Shown here in pieces: positions 22,025-24,000 of a stretch of 24,000 bases of DNA (its first letter is position 1; each line of letters starts with the position of its first letter). The position numbers were made by a program, and so were the translations under genes. The notes beneath the pieces were generated by a model. That model had not been told where the DNA came from and made no database searches. It saw nothing but the letters and a program-made list of their open reading frames with translations. The stretch is from Synechococcus sp. PCC 6312 (GTDB lineage Bacteria > Cyanobacteriota > Cyanobacteriia > Thermosynechococcales > Thermosynechococcaceae), in contig NC_019680.1 in assembly GCF_000316685.1 (NCBI RefSeq), positions 2,837,407 to 2,861,406 on the forward strand, written 5' to 3'.

Positions 22025-22643
22025 ACCTCTTAAATTCAGCGACCATAGAACTGGAGCAACTTTTCCCGGTTTGATTTTTAACGAAGGTTATGAGTTCGTC
22101 ATACTTGCGAAGCTTGTTGTGCTGCCAAGCGATGTAGAGGAGGCCAAAGACGGTGCGCCTACGGCGGAGGTCGCAGAGCTTTCTGTGGTTACAGTGGAAC
22201 TCAAAGGGTATGGGAGTCTCCTCGATGATGCGTTGCCGTTCTTGATAGGCCTCGTGTTTAGACTTGGGCTTGGGTCTGGGTTTAGGTTTAGATTTTTTGT
22301 CAGGCTTTTCGAGTTCGGTTGGGATAAAAGAGTGTTGGAGGAAGGGAAGCCACCAATGGGGGTTATGGGGCCGGTGTTGTTCTAATGTGGCTTGTGGTAG
22401 GAATCGAGCTTGAGGTTGTGGTTCTTTATCATCCCTTGCAGGCATGAGTTGGAGTTTAGCGGGTGGGAGAAGGGGGATGGGGTCATCACCAAAGGCCTTA
22501 ACGGCTTCCCAAGCGGGTTCGATAGTGGTTTGGATGAGGGTTTCTGCCTTATGTCGGATTGCAGTTCCCCACCGTTCGAGAGTATTAAGGGTAGATCGGT
22601 AAATCTGACCCAATGTAATCTGCTGCCAGGGCGTGTTGTTCAT
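21987..22643 (-). CDS. Hypothetical protein with a Lys/Pro-rich central linker (218 aa from ATG 22643)
   Basis: ORF track (TTG at 22658; ATG at 22643). Overlaps both neighbours (38 nt and about 59 nt). Confidence 0.65.
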   Translation of the reverse strand: MNNTPWQQITLGQIYRSTLNTLERWGTAIRHKAETLIQTTIEPAWEAVKAFGDDPIPLLPPAKLQLMPARDDKEPQPQARFLPQATLEQHRPHNPHWWLPFLQHSFIPTELEKPDKKSKPKPRPKPKSKHEAYQERQRIIEETPIPFEFHCNHRKLCDLRRRRTVFGLLYIAWQHNKLRKYDELITFVKNQTGKSCSSSMVAEFKRFVSSGKIYQTTH

Positions 22644-22926
22644 GCTTGTTCGCCTCAAAGATATGGATACCGATTTCGATAGTGCTTGCGAGTAGGAGGA
22701 TGATCCCGACGAGTTTGTAAAAGCGGGATTTGTTGATGATGAAAGATTTAATAATTCCAGACTGGACGAGGTTAGCGGTTTGGACTCTCACCTGGCTATA
22801 AGAAAGGTCTGTCATTTTGCAAAGGGTATTGCGATCACAGACCTCCTGATTTTCAAGAACGCTCAGGATTCGCTCTCGCGTCTGCCGCCCTTGACTGAGT
22901 TTCTTTTGATTGAGTTTTGTGAACAT
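22585..22926 (-). CDS. Winged-HTH (MarR/ArsR-like) protein with a C-terminal TM segment (113 aa); first gene of the operon
   Basis: RERILSVLENQEVCDRNTLCKMTDLSYSQVRVQTANLVQSGII is wHTH-like. It is followed by the hydrophobic FYKLVGIILLLASTIEIGI. Confidence 0.7.
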   Translation of the reverse strand: MFTKLNQKKLSQGRQTRERILSVLENQEVCDRNTLCKMTDLSYSQVRVQTANLVQSGIIKSFIINKSRFYKLVGIILLLASTIEIGIHIFEANKHEQHALAADYIGSDLPIYP

Positions 22927-23052
22927 AAATAGCGCTTCAAAACTGGCTATATTTTAAGCCAGAAATTATAATCGGGCCAAAAAACGGGCCATAATTTATC
23001 TGGTGATTCTAAAGCCTTATTATTAAAGGATATTTATAACTGTCATTAACGC

Positions 23053-23094
23053 CTCCTAAGTGCTAGGCCGTGGGTTCGACTCCCACCAGTCCCG
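23053..23094 (+). tRNA. 3' portion only of a class-I tRNA (anticodon-loop-like CUCCUAA, so Arg-CCU-like); probable att direct repeat at the island boundary
   Basis: CTCCTAA | GTGCT | AGGCC | GTGGG-TTCGACT-CCCAC | CAGTCCC | G fits the layout anticodon loop, stem 3' strand, 5-nt variable loop, T arm, acceptor 3' strand and discriminator. No matching 5' acceptor strand (GGGACTG) or D arm occurs upstream. Confidence 0.6.
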
Positions 23095-23116
23095 TCCCTT
23101 ATCTATGAATATGTTC

Positions 23117-23152
23117 AGCCCTCAGACTCCTTTTGGGGGCTTTGTTTTGCTT
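23117..23152 (+). terminator. Possible terminator downstream of the tRNA fragment
   Basis: AGCCC…GGGCT stem followed by TTGTTTTGCTTTT. The loop is large, so this is weak. Confidence 0.35.
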
Positions 23153-23179
23153 TTCCCCAACGGTCATTTAGTGGCAAAA

Positions 23180-23365
23180 TTAGAGATTAAATCGGCTCTC
23201 TTGAGAAGAGGGTGATAGGTAAGACCAATGAGAAAAACAAGCCATCAGGCCCATTGGTAGATGTCCAAAATTTGTAGAGCCATACGCCTGACGCTTAATT
23301 ACCTTAATTTTATTATTAATCCCTTCCATCACCCCACTAGTAGGGCGAAGGTTTAGAGATAACAC
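23180..23365 (-). pseudogene. C-terminal remnant of an ISL3-family transposase
   Basis: …MEGINNKIKVIKRQAYGSTNF… matches the conserved ISL3 C-terminal motif (EGxNNKIKxxKRxAYGF). Only about 60 codons remain, with no upstream body. Confidence 0.7.
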
Positions 23366-23550
23366 ATTTAAGCAAAGTTGACCCAGCCGAAGATTAGTTA
23401 ACCCCTGACGAGGATCAAGCCTAGCAACATTTGGAAAAGGCGGTGTAGTCGCAAAATTGATCGTAATCCGACAGCGTTAAGTCAATCGCATCAAAAACAT
23501 ATTGAAACTACCATTCAAAAACATTAGAGACCGTTGAAGGCCTGAGGATT

Positions 23551-23784
23551 ATGGCTAAACGTCAAATTAGGAGCCTGGCATTGGTACTTTGCCGAACTTC
23601 TAAACAACCATTAATCAAAATTAACAGACTAAAATTACAGGTAAGACTTCAATGGTTCTGGAGTGATGACTGTAATGCTATAGAACGATATAAAGAAAAA
23701 GTATCCAAGAGTACATTTATCACGCCCCGCAACTCCAGCCTTACAGATTTTGTCCCATCTGACAACCGATTATTAATTTGCTGA
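23551..23784 (+). CDS. Doubtful hypothetical ORF (77 aa)
   Basis: ORF track. A GAGGA lies close upstream, but there is no family and the composition is odd. Confidence 0.25.
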   Translation: MAKRQIRSLALVLCRTSKQPLIKINRLKLQVRLQWFWSDDCNAIERYKEKVSKSTFITPRNSSLTDFVPSDNRLLIC

Positions 23785-23909
23785 ATTGGATTTCTTTAGT
23801 TAATCTTAAAACTATGAAAATTCATCAGAAAACATCGACTACTATAAACCAGATGAGTAATACTAACCTTAACTAGGCCGATATTCACCTGCCGCCTCCA
23901 GGGACAACT

Positions 23910-24000
23910 ATGGCTACCATCTTAATTGTGGATGATGATCCGCATAACTATGACGTGATTGAAATGTATTTAGCCGATCAAGATCATTGTCTCCATTATG
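23910..24000 (+). CDS. Response-regulator receiver domain, N-terminal 30 codons (truncated by the window end)
   Basis: MATILIVDDDPHNYDVIEMYLADQDHCLHY shows the classic beta1 + acidic-pocket (DDD) start of CheY-like receivers. Confidence 0.8.
   Translation, partial: MATILIVDDDPHNYDVIEMYLADQDHCLHY

Noticed and set aside
23020-23094. A complete tRNA or tmRNA gene
   Set aside because: No 5' acceptor strand or D arm lies upstream. The acceptor 3' strand CAGUCCC would not give the G3:U70 pair required of tmRNA/tRNA-Ala. I treat it as a fragment.

Overview
Nearly the whole window (1 to about 23050) looks like an accessory or mobile island. Its right edge is a 3' tRNA fragment (class-I tRNA with a CCU-anticodon-loop-like sequence, 23053-23094). 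Beyond it lie an ISL3 transposase remnant and the start of a response-regulator gene. Host lineage cannot be proven from the sequence; it has a cyanobacterial feel, which is inference only.

There are three blocks.

(i) 1-11700, minus strand: an array of more than 20 small, mostly orphan ORFs, most with their own intrinsic terminator. In the left 5.7 kb the ORFs are separated by large GC-rich mosaic repeats, which I call modules M1-M5. M1 is a multi-helix element whose helices keep pairing through compensatory changes between copies. Further right, the junctions carry a short motif (T-run + ATTGTCCTTCGG on the minus strand) and GTTCTAGGGGT palindromes. Recognisable products are a SLOG/DUF2493-like protein, a SAM methyltransferase, a SprT-like metalloprotease, a solo IscB (OMEGA) RNA-guided nuclease with its upstream omega-RNA region, and a secreted SNase-type lipoprotein.

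(ii) 11785-14627, plus strand: four tandem paralogous Sec-signal proteins with conserved termini and a divergent centre.

(iii) 14785-22926, minus strand: one long, tightly overlapping operon. It encodes a wHTH-TM protein, an unknown, a membrane-anchored AAA+ ATPase, two small proteins, a DUF457-like membrane hydrolase fusion, a HerA/FtsK-type ATPase, a HlyD-like adaptor and a TolC-like secreted protein, followed by four small ORFs.

The best candidates for something undescribed are the structured-repeat cassette array and the ATPase/adaptor/outer-membrane module. Coordinates of non-ORF features were hand-indexed and may be off by a few bases.
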